Shown here: positions 40,915 through 58,649 of the stretch, piece by piece
Numbering within the stretch: the first letter of the stretch is position 1
Layout: each line of letters opens with the position of its first letter
Assembly (NCBI RefSeq): GCF_009914755.1
Contig: NC_060941.1
Source of the DNA: the human T2T-CHM13v2.0 reference genome, Homo sapiens
DNA: 64,000 bases
Reading direction: 5' to 3' (one strand)
The notes under the pieces: model-generated
Told to the model about the DNA's origin: nothing
What the model saw: only the letters and a program-made list of their open reading frames with translations
Database searches by the model: none
Translations under genes and position numbers: made by a program

Positions 40915-42564
40915 AGAGAAACAAAAGAAAAGTTATTTCAGACCCAGGTAAAAAGAACAAAGGCATGATAGTGTCCATTTCTGGCTCTGATTTCCTTTTG
41001 TGCCCCTTCCTCTGGAATGTTCCTCTTACAAAGTTTTGTTATAGTAGTACTAATGATACTACTACCACTTATGACAATTACATAATTAGTTACTTAATAA
41101 ATAATCCAAATAAGTCCTAGACATCACTTGGCCCAGTTTTGGAGTAGTATAACATTCAGAGGAAGAACCTAGCAACCAAAAATGAAGTTAATTCCTATGT
41201 ATATTTTCCTAATTACAACCCACAGTAACACTTCTGAAAATCACCTCTCTTTCTATGCCTTTAGGTCTCCATTCAGCAGCTGCTTAAAGCCCCTCTTTCT
41301 TTACTTTTCTCAGTATCTGTGGGGGTCAGTTAGGGTTACATTCAGCTGCATGGAACTGAAACCTGGATGCACATACTTCACAAAACAGAGGTTTTATTTT
41401 TCTTTCTGTAACCAGAACTCTGGAGGTAGGCAGTTCAGGGCAGGTACAGCTGCTTGAAGAAGTATCAGGGACCCAAGCTTCCTTTAGCTTCCATCTTTTG
41501 CAAAATAGCTGCTTCACTTCTAGGCTTTGATCTACGTTCTCAGCAGGAAAAAGAATAAAGAGTAAATGACAAAAGATCTGTGCTGTTGCTGGCAGGTTGG
41601 GCATTTGGTGGCATCAGCAGCTGGATCAGCCTTGTTGAGTGGGAGCCCTGCTACTCTGTATTTGCATCCTTTTCTCTGATGTTCCCCCAGGGTATGCCAC
41701 TTTTTAAAAATGTCGACTGTTGGCTGGGTGAGAGGGGTGCAGTTTTAGAAGCTTCCCCAGGTATGGCCTTGGCCTTCCCCACTATGACAGCTCTTGCTCC
41801 ACAGGCCAAGGAACTATCATAGAGGTTCTGCCAACCACCAAGTATGCCCATGCTAAGTACCCATTCAGAGAGGACAAGGACTCATCACTATATACCCTTG
41901 CTGGGAATCCGGTCTTCCTCAGTCATTAGGTTCTGGAAATTGGCTCAGGTTGAGAAACAGGGCAAGGGATTATGACTATTGGGGCAGCTCCTCTCAGCTG
42001 CCTCCTTATCTGTCCTTGTGTTTTAAAAACTACATCTTGAGGCACACAGTATCCTACTAACTACCTTCATAGCTTCCTGTGGGTCAGGCTTCCTTGGATG
42101 CCATTCTATCTTGCCACTTCTAACAATGCCACTTAATCTTCTGCTAGTTATGCACTGCTACCTGGTCTCTAGCAGGCCCATTGCTATCAGGGACCCTAGC
42201 TCCTGAAACATCTTCCACTATAAGCCCTGGTCTACAGAGAAAAGTGACTATTGGACTTCTCAGTGATGCTTGTGTCCCTCTCAATAGCACATTCCTTATT
42301 GCTTGTGATAAACAGCAGAACACAGCTGACAGGATAGGATGTAAATAATATGTCATTCCCACTTCTGAGTCTTTTGCTCCCTTCTTCCATTGTTTGCCAG
42401 GACAGCTCTGGCCTTTCTATTTTGCTTAGTGTGGACCACTGCTTTCTCCAAGCTTTCTAGAGCCATCCTAGCAATCTGTTAGCTTTATCTCCTGGAGTCC
42501 TTGCCAGAATGTAAATACTGTAGTACAGGAATGTGCTTATATCAATATGCTCTGCTTTATTTAG

Positions 42565-42950
<386 letters not shown>

Positions 42951-43778
42951 TAAGTTGGGTAGGTTTTTTAGCTCCTTCAGGATACAGTGCCTCTCCTCCC
43001 TTAGCAGGTCTAGCATTTTCTTAATGGGGTTATGTGTGACTTGACCTTAGTTATTGGTCTGTTAGACAGGTGGAAAAGTGCAGGTAGATCTGAGGAGAGC
43101 GTGTGTTGCCTTGCAAGGCAGATAATACTTCTTGATCTTCAAGCAAGGGGGTGGGGTGCTAGTTTCTTGAGGGAGGAGTGGGACACTTCTACAAACCCAG
43201 AGCACTCAAGGTGACGTGGGGTTTTAAGGTTCTCAAGTGCATTGACCCAGATGCCCCATCTAAAGTGTCAGGGTCCCACTTCTCAACTATGCCCCTGACC
43301 TTGGTATAGTACACTCACTAGGGCTGAAAACCTTTTTGGCGTTCTTCTGCTCTTATAATTAAATCCTGAGCTTCATCTTCCGCTTTTTCTGCCTTATGCA
43401 GCTCCTACTTCCTTTATATGCTGCTAAGGAGGCACACTGGCTTTCTTCCTTAGCCTTTAATTGGTGATTCATCATCCTCAACCTTTCATTGTCTTTCTCC
43501 AAAGCACAGGTTTACTCCATCAGTAGCCATCCAATTTCATTGTTCTTAAACTACTATTTGCCCTATATTGTTAAAATGCCTGATAGATTGCACCTACGAG
43601 TGCATTGTTCCACTGAGGTTACATCCCACCCATTCCAGCTCTTCACCATTGCTGAAAGTTTTAACATCGTACTGCTATGGCACGCCGGGGCCTGTCAGGG
43701 CTTCCCCTGTGGACCTTACTGCTAACTGGCCAGGGGAATGATTCAGCTCCACTGGATCAAACCACATTCATGGGACGT

Positions 43779-44075
43779 TTTTGTCCGTTTGTTTTGAGAC
43801 AGGGTCTTGCTCTGTCACCCAGCCTGGAGTGCAGTGGTACAAACATGGCTCACTGCAGCCTCTACCTCCTGGGATCAAGCAATCCTCCAGCTTCAGCCTC
43901 CTGAGTAGCTGAGATGACAGCTGCTCACCGCCATGTCCAGCAAATTTTTTTATTTTTTGTAAAGATACGATTTTACCATGTTGGTCAGGCTGGTCTTGAA
44001 CTCTTGGGCTCACGCGATCCACCTGCCTCAGCTCCTAAAGTGCTGGGATTACAGGTCTGAGCCATGGTGTCCGGC
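43779..44075 (-). mobile_element. Alu (AluJ-like)
   Basis: Reverse Alu body. Confidence 0.88.
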
Positions 44076-44475
44076 CACACTCATGGATTTAATTGCCCTT
44101 GGAATCAACACCGTGCAGGAAAGGAGTAGGATTGAGCAGAAAAAGTTGAACTAAATGTAGTTACAGCAAATGCCTCAGCTTCCGGATCCTAAGGGAGCTC
44201 TGGTGCCAGGAGAGCCCTTCAGAGCAGCCCCACCCTGAGCCCTGCATCTGCCAGTCAGTGCAGACGGACCTGGTGAGAGGCAGCTTTCTTCAGCTGAAGG
44301 CAACTCCTGGAAAGGGATTTAGCTGATAGGTGTTGACAAGTAATGCGCCCAGCAGCTGAGGAAATGAGCACCTTAGTCCTGAAGAGTGGTGTGCTCTTTG
44401 GTATGCTGGGATGGTTGGTTGTGCCAGTGGAGATGGGGGTGGTGGGCAGAATGAAGGGAATACTACTGTAAAAGC

Positions 44476-44808
44476 TTTTTATTTTTTATTTATATTTATT
44501 CATTTATTTATTTTTTAAGACAAGGTCTAACTCTGATGCCCGGGCTGGAGTGCTGGAATGCAATGACACCATCACAGCTCACTGTAGCCTTGACCTCCTG
44601 GGCTCAAGCGATCCTCCCACTTCAGCTTCCCAAGTAACTGGAACCACAGGCACATGCCACCATGCCCAGCTAATTAAAAAAAAAAATTTTGTAGAGATGA
44701 GGTTTCGCCATGTTGCCCAGGGTGGTCTGGAACTCCTGGGCTCAAGTGATCCACCCACCTTGGCCTCCCAAAGTGCTGGGATGACAGGCATGAGCCACGG
44801 CTCCCAGC
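44476..44808 (-). mobile_element. Alu (AluJ-like)
   Basis: Reverse Alu body. Confidence 0.88.
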
Positions 44809-45009
44809 TTGGAACAAAACTCTTCGAAGAAAAAATTGGCAGAGCTTGTTGCCTGACCAAAAAACAGAGGCTGAATGAGAGAGATGCATTTAAAACAATA
44901 CGAAACACTAAGGGTTCCCTGAATACTGTTGGACAGTGCAAAATGGGGGAAGTTAGGATACAAATCTAATTCTGTTCTACTGTAAGGCTCATGCCTTTTC
45001 ACTAGACTA

Positions 45010-45300
45010 GTGCTGGTCAAACTGGTGTTCCATGGGCTACATTCAGACAGCAGACGTATTTTGTTTGGCTACACAGCATTTAAAAAATGTAAATTGGCTG
45101 CCACTATGTAAAAATTGGAAGAGTTTACATGTAAGTTCAGATCTCTAGCTTCTCTTGAGTAACTAGAAGATCTAGCAACACTGGGTCAACATTCCTGCAT
45201 GGCAGTAACTGGAGTTGAGTGACAGATACTCTTTAAATGGAGAGAGTATCTCTTATCTGGATAAATGGAGGTGGGTATATGCTTCTTAATTCACCACAGT
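45010..45300. mobile_element. hAT-Charlie MITE (MER102-like)
   Basis: cagacgtattttgtttggc...gcttctcttga...gaagatctagcaacactggg. Confidence 0.5.
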
Positions 45301-45324
45301 CTCTATGCATTACCTTCTTTGGCA

Positions 45325-46022
<698 letters not shown>

Positions 46023-46937
46023 CATTTGGACACTTAATACTGGTTCAGCAGAACTGAATGAATTTAATTGGAGAGGAAGTTGGGGTGAAGTCTAGGCCTC
46101 TGACTATAATGAGAGGTTTGGCACTGAGGGGAGGCAACAGAACAGGGAGTACAAATTAGGATGAATTAATGACATGCTGGCAGGAGCTTGAGTAAAGGAA
46201 GAAGAGCAGAGGGCCAGGGCCTGAAGTTTGGGTGTCTTACCACAGAGCTAAAGAAGAGTGGGCAATGGTAGACTAAACTAGAGAAGAAGAGGAGAGAAAG
46301 GCACAGAGGAACTTCAGCAACGGAATGCCAGGGAAGGCAAGGGAGCTGAGGGTTTGGGCAGTTGCATCCAGTGTAGGGAAGAAGATCAGGGAGATAGACA
46401 GGCAAAAAGCCATGGCAACAAGGAAGTAGTTAGGGACTTTCAGAGGAAGTATGAGAAAAGGAGAGGAAGGTCATAGGTCTGAAGTTTAGCAGTGCAGTAG
46501 GGGGCACTGGAATACTATCTTGGGGGTATGAGTGAGTGCTTTTTCAGGGGTCCTACTTGGGAGAAACATAGATAGACATTCATTTAATATTCATCCATTT
46601 CTTTCCAGCATAGTCATCATTCTGACATCATCTAAAAGAAATTAGTATCTGCATTGCATCCTTAAAGAAGAAGGGACAAAAGACATGTCCAAACTGTCTG
46701 TCTGTTCTAGTGGAATAAAACATTAATTTAATATGTATTTTGGACAACCACCAACCTAGAGATTGGAAACTTTTCTCAAGGATATATCTCTCTGTATGTG
46801 GGCTACTGGCTTTGTGGCTTTTCTGTAGGAAAATTAAAATTCTAGTTTTGTTCTCCCTTATCACCCAGTGTCTGTGTGGCTTAACTGGCTGATTAGCGCG
46901 TGCTTGGAATGTGTAAATTCATTTTAACATTGGCCTA

Positions 46938-47590
<653 letters not shown>

Positions 47591-48083
47591 ATTAGTCATT
47601 CCAAAGTCCAATGTCAGACATAGATTATCCGTTGTTTTGGATGTAATCCTCTTCCTGGAAAACTGGCACAACCCAATTACACATGAAATCCTTTCAACTC
47701 TGGTATTGGAGGTATAGGGAAGGACTTTGTTTTAGGAGACCCATAGTCTACCTCTATTGTTCTAGGAGTTAAACCACGTTGGTTTACATCCTGACTTTGC
47801 CACCTGTCAACTCAGACCTTGGGCAAATCAAAGGTCTGAGGGAGGAGTGCAGGCTCCCAGCGTTCCCACGGGGGTGGGGACGTGACGTATTCATCAGTTC
47901 ATGAAGTTAATGATATGTATTGAAAAGGTTTGTTCAAGGATTTAAATAAGACGATGAATATATTGAATTAATAATGAATGCAAGGCCTTAAAGGTGTTTT
48001 GAGGGTGGTGAAACTTGAATCTCTCATCAACTGTGCAATAGTTATATTAACTTGGATGGCTATGAGTTTTGCAGAGGAAAGCT

Positions 48084-48159
48084 GGGCTTAAATCCCAATG
48101 CTAGACCTGGTGGCTAGACCTTGATTGCCACCGGGTCTAGCATTGGGATTTAAGCGACC
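48084..48159 (-). ncRNA. MIR4733: microRNA 4733 precursor hairpin
   Basis: 29-bp arms (48086-48114, 48127-48155) with a 12-nt loop; minus strand contains AAUCCCAAUGCUAGACCCGGUG, which I recall as miR-4733-5p; ~0.9 kb upstream of the NF1 ATG. Confidence 0.85.
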
Positions 48160-48544
48160 TCTAAAAAAAAAAAATCACGGAATCTCTCTTTGGCCTTCCT
48201 TTTTTGTTTCTCAGCAGTCTACCAAGCTACGAAGAACCTGAAAATCGGAGGTCGTGTACCTTATTTTTTCTGAGAGCTTAAGCTGAGAGCACAGCCTCCC
48301 CAGGAGATTAGCGGCAGAGATCCGCGCGCTGGGAGAAAGGCTAGCCCCAGGGCGCCCTAACTTCCAACTCCGGGAGCAATCCAAACCCGGAGGCCGGCGG
48401 GGGAGGGGACAGCTGTAGGGGGCGGTGGGGATGGGAGTGGATGCTCCCGGGTCAGCTCTGGCACTCGCCAGCTGAGCCCAGCGCCAGTCTAGGTGAGCCC
48501 CACGGCGGTGAGGGACGCTCGCCAGACGGCCCAGAGGAGTTAGA

Positions 48545-48552
48545 TGACGTCA
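48545..48552. promoter_or_regulatory. Full cAMP response element (CRE)
   Basis: TGACGTCA; a conserved CRE is a known part of the NF1 promoter. Confidence 0.9.
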
Positions 48553-48598
48553 CCTCCAGGAGGACTCGCTTTTTCATTAATGAAACCGGCCGGCGCGG

Positions 48599-48608
48599 GC
48601 GCATGCGC
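48599..48608. promoter_or_regulatory. NRF1-type motif
   Basis: GCGCATGCGC palindrome. Confidence 0.7.
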
Positions 48609-48710
48609 GGCAGGCCGCCTTCCCTCTCGCTTCCCCCTCCCCTTTCCCAGCCGCGCTCTCAATCTCTAGCTCGCTCGCGCTCCCTCTCCCCGGGCCGTGG
48701 AAAGGATCCC

Positions 48711-48734
48711 ACTTCCGGTGGGGTGTCATGGCGG
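48711..48734 (+). promoter_or_regulatory. 24-bp highly conserved NF1 core promoter element (NF1HCS)
   Basis: ACTTCCGGTGGGGTGTCATGGCGG at c.-333 to c.-310; contains ETS-type ACTTCCGG and YY1-like ATGGCGG. Confidence 0.75.
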
Positions 48735-48772
48735 CGTCTCGGACTGTGATGGCTGTGGGGAGACGGCGCTAG
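48728..48772 (+). other. NF1 uORF MAASRTVMAVGRRR*
   Basis: ATGs at 48728 and 48749, both in strong Kozak context and in frame; TAG at 48770-48772. Confidence 0.85.
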
Positions 48773-49043
48773 TGGGGAGAGCGACCAAGAGGCCCCCTCC
48801 CCTCCCCGGGTCCCCTTCCCCTATCCCCCTCCCCCCAGCCTCCTTGCCAACGCCCCCTTTCCCTCTCCCCCTCCCGCTCGGCGCTGACCCCCCATCCCCA
48901 CCCCCGTGGGAACACTGGGAGCCTGCACTCCACAGACCCTCTCCTTGCCTCTTCCCTCACCTCAGCCTCCGCTCCCCGCCCTCTTCCCGGCCCAGGGCGC
49001 CGGCCCACCCTTCCCTCCGCCGCCCCCCGGCCGCGGGGAGGAC

Positions 49044-49103
49044 ATGGCCGCGCACAGGCCGGTGGAATGGGTCCAGGCCGTGGTCAGCCGCTTCGACGAG
49101 CAG
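49044..49103 (+). CDS. NF1: Neurofibromin 1, exon 1 coding part (MAAHRPVEWVQAVVSRFDEQ)
   Basis: Exact neurofibromin N-terminus, gacATGg Kozak, CAG|GTAACC donor at 49104, phase 0. Confidence 0.98.
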
Positions 49104-50868
49104 GTAACCGGCCCGTGGCGGGCGGGAGGTGGGAGCGGAGTGGGGGTGGGGACAGAGTAGGTGAGGGGAGGTAGGAGCGGCCGCCTCCCCCGCGGCTGCC
49201 TCAGGCTCTGGAGGAAAGGAAGGGAAGGGAAGAGAAGGGAAGGGGGGATAAGTGGGGGTGGCCAAGGCGGGAGGTGAGGGGTAGGAGGGGACAGCTGGGA
49301 GCTTGGGCACCCTTTCCCTCCTAAGTCGGGGGGTGGGGCCTTGTCCCTGACCAGCCTCCGACCCTCCATCCCCTTTATCCCAGCCCTTCCGCTTGGAAAT
49401 GGGGATGAGTGACCTGGGGGCGCCTTTAGGGGCGCGCCATCTGGATTTAATAATTACCCCCTTACTTTTGTTTTTGAGCAGAGGTGGGTAACGTTTAGGG
49501 GTTCTCTCTTCCTCTTCCCTCCGTGACCCTCCTAACTGGGGACGAGCGAACCCTAAGGCCTGTCTTATATACCCTCTATAGGAGAACGATAACATTCCGC
49601 CCCTCCCCCAGTTTCTTCAGCTTCCTCTCCTGGAGGGGGAAGAGCAGAAGAAAGCAAGGAAGGCACAGGTTTTCTTACTTTCTGCTCCATCGTCTCATCC
49701 TGCCCCGAGAGCTTCAAGTGCACACTCACTGCACATCTTTGTGATGCCCTACAACGTCGTCCCCCATATCCTGATGACACAGACTGCCTTTTTTTTTTAT
49801 TGCCGTTTGCAGTGGAAACCGTGGTTCTGAAATACCTTCCCCTTCCTTGATAATTGCAGTCTCTTCCCCCCCCCCTTTTTTTTTTGCCAGCGGTCTGAGG
49901 ATGTGATGCATTCTCGAGTGAGAATGTTGGGGAGTAAAGGGGAGAAGGGTGAAAGGAAAGTGAGAAACTGCTTCAGAGCCACCGACAACAGAGCAAAGCC
50001 AGCTGGGATGTGGTCCTGGAGCGGATCATTCTGCTAGTGTTTGTGGTTGTTTTTGACTCTCTCCTGGTTGACAAGAGAACTTTCATTGAGAATATTTGGG
50101 ATGAAAAAAAAGTTTTGTAGCTTGAGGAGGTGACTTTTTATCGCCTGAGTTTCACACAATAAATCCTGGGGCTGATTAGAATAAATGCACACATAGCCTT
50201 TTGTCAGTGGAAATTGGTTTAACTTTGTGTTGCTGTAGGTAGTTGGGGATGGTTTAAGGGATGCTTTCTGCAGCTGTGGGTGCAGTGGGCTTCCTGTGAT
50301 GGGGGAATTGTTTAAGATTGAGTCAACCTATTTTGTTTACTGGATATAATGGTAAAACATTATGGGAGCTGAAGGGGTGGGGGAAGAGCTCTTCTGTTAT
50401 TTGATGCATAAACATTTCTTTACGGGACTCAGCGTTTCAGACCTACCTGGAAAATATCTTGGAATAGACAGAGGAAGTTGAGAAGAAGCTATGTAGATAA
50501 AATAGAGTTATGAAGCTGTCAGAGACTTGAAGGAATTGTTTTATCCATTCGTATGCTTCCAGACCCAAAGGCATCTAAACTAAACTACTAATCCATCTGA
50601 AGTATAATGTTACTGCATATAAAAGATTACATTATTGATAGAGCGTTAGATTTAAAACTTGGTAGAAAAGACTCTCTGTAATTTTAAGAAAGGATTTAAA
50701 AGGCACGTAGAAGACTTCCAAAGCTGAACCTTGTGGACAGCAGAATCTGGATGTAGGAAATTGAAGGATCCACGCCGCAATTCTCCTTAAATTTTAAAAA
50801 TTAAAAATTTTTTTCAGTTTTTTCTTAATTTTATTTTTTTACTTCTTACCTGTTCATCTCTAGGCTTA

Positions 50869-51289
<421 letters not shown>

Positions 51290-51402
51290 TTAAGGCTTCG
51301 TTGTTTGTTATGCATATTGTGGAATCAAACTCACCACCATCTGTTAAAAATTAAGGACATTAGTTTTTAAAACAGCATTTTTCTGCATTCCTTATGTTGT
51401 AA

Positions 51403-51741
<339 letters not shown>

Positions 51742-52093
51742 TATTCCTCACATTTTTCTCTTAGAAAGTTAAAGTCTCTGACCTTGAGATACAAAAATGT
51801 AAGGGTTTTCAGTGTTTAACATAAGGTACTTATATATATTATATATAGTATATATATAAAATAAATTAATATATTAATTTATTATAGAAGTGATAAATGT
51901 TTAATTCAAATTAGAGTTCACCTTACGGTTGAAAATGTCTTTTAGTCAGAAAACTGAGGCATGGGAAGGTTAAGTGACATAGATCTAATAAGAGCTTCAG
52001 TATGAAAAGTAGTGAATGCTTGACCATCAGGGAGATACTTTTCCTAAGTATCCCATAAAATTTGTTCTAATCCATTAAATATATTTAGAAGAC

Positions 52094-52315
<222 letters not shown>

Positions 52316-52386
52316 TTACATTTTTATTGAGGGGAGAAAAAGCCCTGCATGTACTGAGAGATAGTTGTATAAGAATCTTAAGAGTT

Positions 52387-52710
<324 letters not shown>

Positions 52711-53293
52711 TTATAAAACTTTTGAATTTTGGATTATATTATCTGTACTTTGCTTTACTGGGCCCAGGGGGAGTTAAGCTTTCCTTCTTATTACAGCTAA
52801 GAGTTTGCCTGTTGGACCACTTAACGCCCCCAGGGAGCATGTGCATGTCTAAAGATGGCAACTCTGTTTATGATTGCTGTTTTGGTTGGATTTCTAATAT
52901 TCGGTGTGATTAAAGCAGAAATGCATTTCTAGCCACTGCTGATTACAGACATATTGCACTCTGATGGGTATCGCTTAGCAACTTAGTGCAGTAGACTCAG
53001 TTAAAAGAAGTGGATGTGTGCCATATTGACATTTTGAGCTCACATTCTTGTGGGTAATATAAAATTCCTTAACCTGATAATATTGCAGCTAAACCTAGTA
53101 TTTAGGGTCTAAGTTGAATGAGTATTACCAATTTTAGAAGTAATCACCTCCTTGGTTAGGGAAATGACAGTTGCACAGGTGGACAGCCAGAAAGCTGAAT
53201 GTTATCAGTTAAATCTTACATCTCTCCTTAACCTGCCTTCGTGGTGCCAAATAGCAAGTTTCTAATTGAAACTGACAAATTGTAGGTGTGTAG

Positions 53294-53665
<372 letters not shown>

Positions 53666-54278
53666 TAGTTCTGTATGCCCCACTGGTTCCTGTAGAGCTT
53701 TATTTCTGAAGGGAAGTATGGGAAAACTATGGATATTTGAACTAAAAAAAAAAAAAAAAAGAATTAAAAAGAACTCCATCCCAAAATGATTTGTTGTAAA
53801 TATGTTCATTTAAAGCAATTATATTTTCCATATCTGATCAAGCAAAAGTAGTACATAAAAGCCAAAAAACCCAATTTAAAGAATATGTTATGGAATAAAC
53901 TCTGATTTTAGAGGTTGTAGTAGCATATTTGTTGTTCTCATACATTGAGTGTTCATCTGAATGTACGTTGAATATGCGGTGAGTGATTCACAGTATAAAA
54001 TGATTGGCAAGTATCTTCGAAATTACAAACCACATACTGATTAGACAAATAGATTTGCAAAACTGAAGCTTTTTGGATTTAAAAAATATCTCCTAGCCTC
54101 ATTCTTCAAGCCTGGTGTGTAATTTTTATAAGGCCTTATAGTAGTTGAAAATGAGTACTCTTTTATGGTGACGAATTCTTTATGGTGAGTGAGAAATAAT
54201 GCTTATTCTTCCAATTTTAGTATATGTGGTGCTGAATCGAGCACAATAATGCTTATTCTTTGCTTCGGAATTTTTTAA

Positions 54279-54603
<325 letters not shown>

Positions 54604-56084
54604 CGGAATTCATCCTTTAGAAAGATTTCTTCCAGCTGTTCCTCAGTTCTCTGCACTCCCTTACACTTTCCACCTTATCTGTCTGGGAACTAATTTAGTC
54701 TTTATGTTGGCTGCTTTCTTTTCACTTTTCAGGCTAAGATTTCCTTTCTCTTGGAAATCAGACGTTTACTTGGTCCTGCAGCTCTCTCTCTGTGGACCAG
54801 TCTTTTTTGTTGTTGTTGTTGCCAGATACTCACCGCCTCTACTGTTTATCCACCCATTTCCTTTATAACTCTGAAAAGTAGCTCCTGCCTCTGCTTGATT
54901 GCTGTTTTCTTGAAAGTGATTACTTCTGGCAAAACATAGTGGTCATTGCTTAGTTGTAATGCCACTGTGATGTTCCACTCCCCCCGGAAACCAATCTCTT
55001 CCAGTTCCCAAGACACAATACTTTTCTACTGAATTGGAGTTCCTTAGCGGGGGTCTTAGTTTTGTTCTGCTATTCAGTGCCTTTGTCCCTATCCTAGCCA
55101 TTAGCTTTCCTATAGATCCTTGATTTCCTCATCTGTTGAAAAAGAAATGGCTAGAAAATCTTTTAGATTCTTTCAAGTTTAAATATTCGATGATTTTAAT
55201 ATTCTAACAGCATGTCTCTGTGACCCAGCAGTCTATTGGGAGCTGACCCCACTTGATTTACCAAACTCTTTCCCATTATGCCTCTGCATGCACCTATGTT
55301 CCAGGCAGGTCACCTCAGTCTCTTCTGTGTGTATCATGCTTCTTCCCACTTCTTGGCCTTTATTTCTGCCAGTCTCTGCCTGAATGCTTTAATTCCTCCT
55401 TTGTGCTTTTCTAATTCCTGTCCATCCTTCAATGTTCAGCTCAGATTTCATTTTTTTTTTTTCCCCATGAGGTTGTTTCAGACTAAACTCTGCTATCTCA
55501 CTTCTTGGTATCCTTGTTACCTGGAGTTTTACAGAACCACACAGTAAGTTTTCTTCCTTTAGGAGGATTGTTTGAACACAGCTTGGCTTTGTTTTCTTTT
55601 TTTCTTGTCTTTTTATCAAATGGAGTGCATACTTTCTGAAAAGCAAAGAACGCTATTTGAATTCTCTTCTAGTCACCCCAGTGCCCAGCACAGTCTTAAA
55701 CACACAGAACATTGATGGAATGTTTTTCATATGATTCCTGGTTGAAGGGTAGACTGGCTAAATAAAAAAAGTGGTACTTTTGGCTTTGTTTTACTGAATT
55801 TTACTTCCATGTTTGCAATAGCCTAGGTCTGATAAGTGATATTTTAACTAGGAATGAGTAAGAAAATTAGCATAAAGAAGGAATTTATACATATTTATAT
55901 TTCCTCCCATAGAGCAAACATGTTTTTTGAATCAGGTTTCAGATCTGATCAACTACTTTTGTAATTTTGGATTTGTCACTTACTGTTAGGATATTTTGCA
56001 ATGGTGTGATAGAATATGAATGTGAAGCACTTTGAAAAGTCTAAAATTTTTCTAATATAAGATTTATATGTTTTCTTTATAGCT

Positions 56085-57750
<1,666 letters not shown>

Positions 57751-58649
57751 AAATTTTTTTTTTTAATATGGAGAAAGTATTTTTGTTTTTCGTTTTTTAT
57801 TTGGGTACCGGCCACTGCACCCAACCAAACATTTTGTCCTTAAACAAAAGTTTAAGTCATATAATACAGTAGTAAGAATGCCTTATTTTTTACATCTTTG
57901 TTCTTTAAATTACTCAGATTGCTATGGGGCATTTTTGTTGTAGCTTTCAAATTTGGTATTCTGGGGTTCTATGTAGACTCTATATTGTTGCATTCTAACG
58001 ACATACTTTTAAGGATAAGCAGCGTATTAATTAAAAATGTGTTTTCCACTTGTGTTCCTTAGGTCTGCGTATATTTTGGAGGTGTGTGTGTATATAAGTC
58101 AAGGGACAGGAGGTATCGGAAGGCTCTAAAGGAAGTTTAAGGAGGAGAATATTCTATAGAAGTGGAAGGGGAGATTTGTGGTCAGCTTAAACTGTTAAAA
58201 GGCTTGGGATCAATACCGAAGCAGAATATGAGCATCTTAATCTGTTTCTTTGCAAAGGATTGACTTGTATTTATAAAAGCATTGGCTTGTTTCATCTGAC
58301 ATCTTTTAAAGTACCCCATTTTCTTGGGGGCGGGAAGGGAGAGATGAGACCATTTGTTTTGATCTTGAAGGACAGAAAAGTGGTTTTACGTTGTAGTGAC
58401 TGTGAATTAAGTTTAAGGTCTCAGCAAGTTGTAAATTTCTGTATCATACTATGTGGTAGAGCCTTCAGTAAACAGAGTACTCTCAGGTGTTTAATGCTAT
58501 AGGATATAAACTATAACTGCTGTTTATAGTACCCTCGCTAAATTCTCTTAAAGGCAATCCATTTGACCACTTCAAATGTTATATGCCTGTGATATATAGT
58601 TATATTCTCTGCATATAACTGGTTTTTAAAAATTGTTTATTATTCATTT

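Larger units (their letters stand above)
48661..49043 (+). other. NF1: NF1 5'UTR (exon 1 non-coding part; TSS is variable, roughly 48560-48711)
   Basis: aatctctagctcgctcgcgc... 383 nt upstream of the ATG, matching my recollection of the NF1 mRNA 5' end. Confidence 0.8.
48300..49440. promoter_or_regulatory. NF1: NF1 CpG-island promoter (TATA-less)
   Basis: Abrupt rise in GC and CpG density spanning exon 1; GC boxes such as ggggcggtgggg at ~48419. Confidence 0.9.

Noticed and set aside
48895-49170. Specific base pairing between the 5'UTR (tccccaccccc, ccctcacct) and intron 1 G runs
   Set aside because: Matches of 9-11 nt are expected from low-complexity C/G skew and are not nested
48441-49595. 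Long overlapping ORFs on both strands around NF1 exon 1
   Set aside because: Stop-codon scarcity in a CpG island; only 49044-49103 and the uORF are supported
54158-54260. Short direct repeats (tttatggtga twice; aataatgcttattctt twice)
   Set aside because: Ordinary local microduplications with no functional signal
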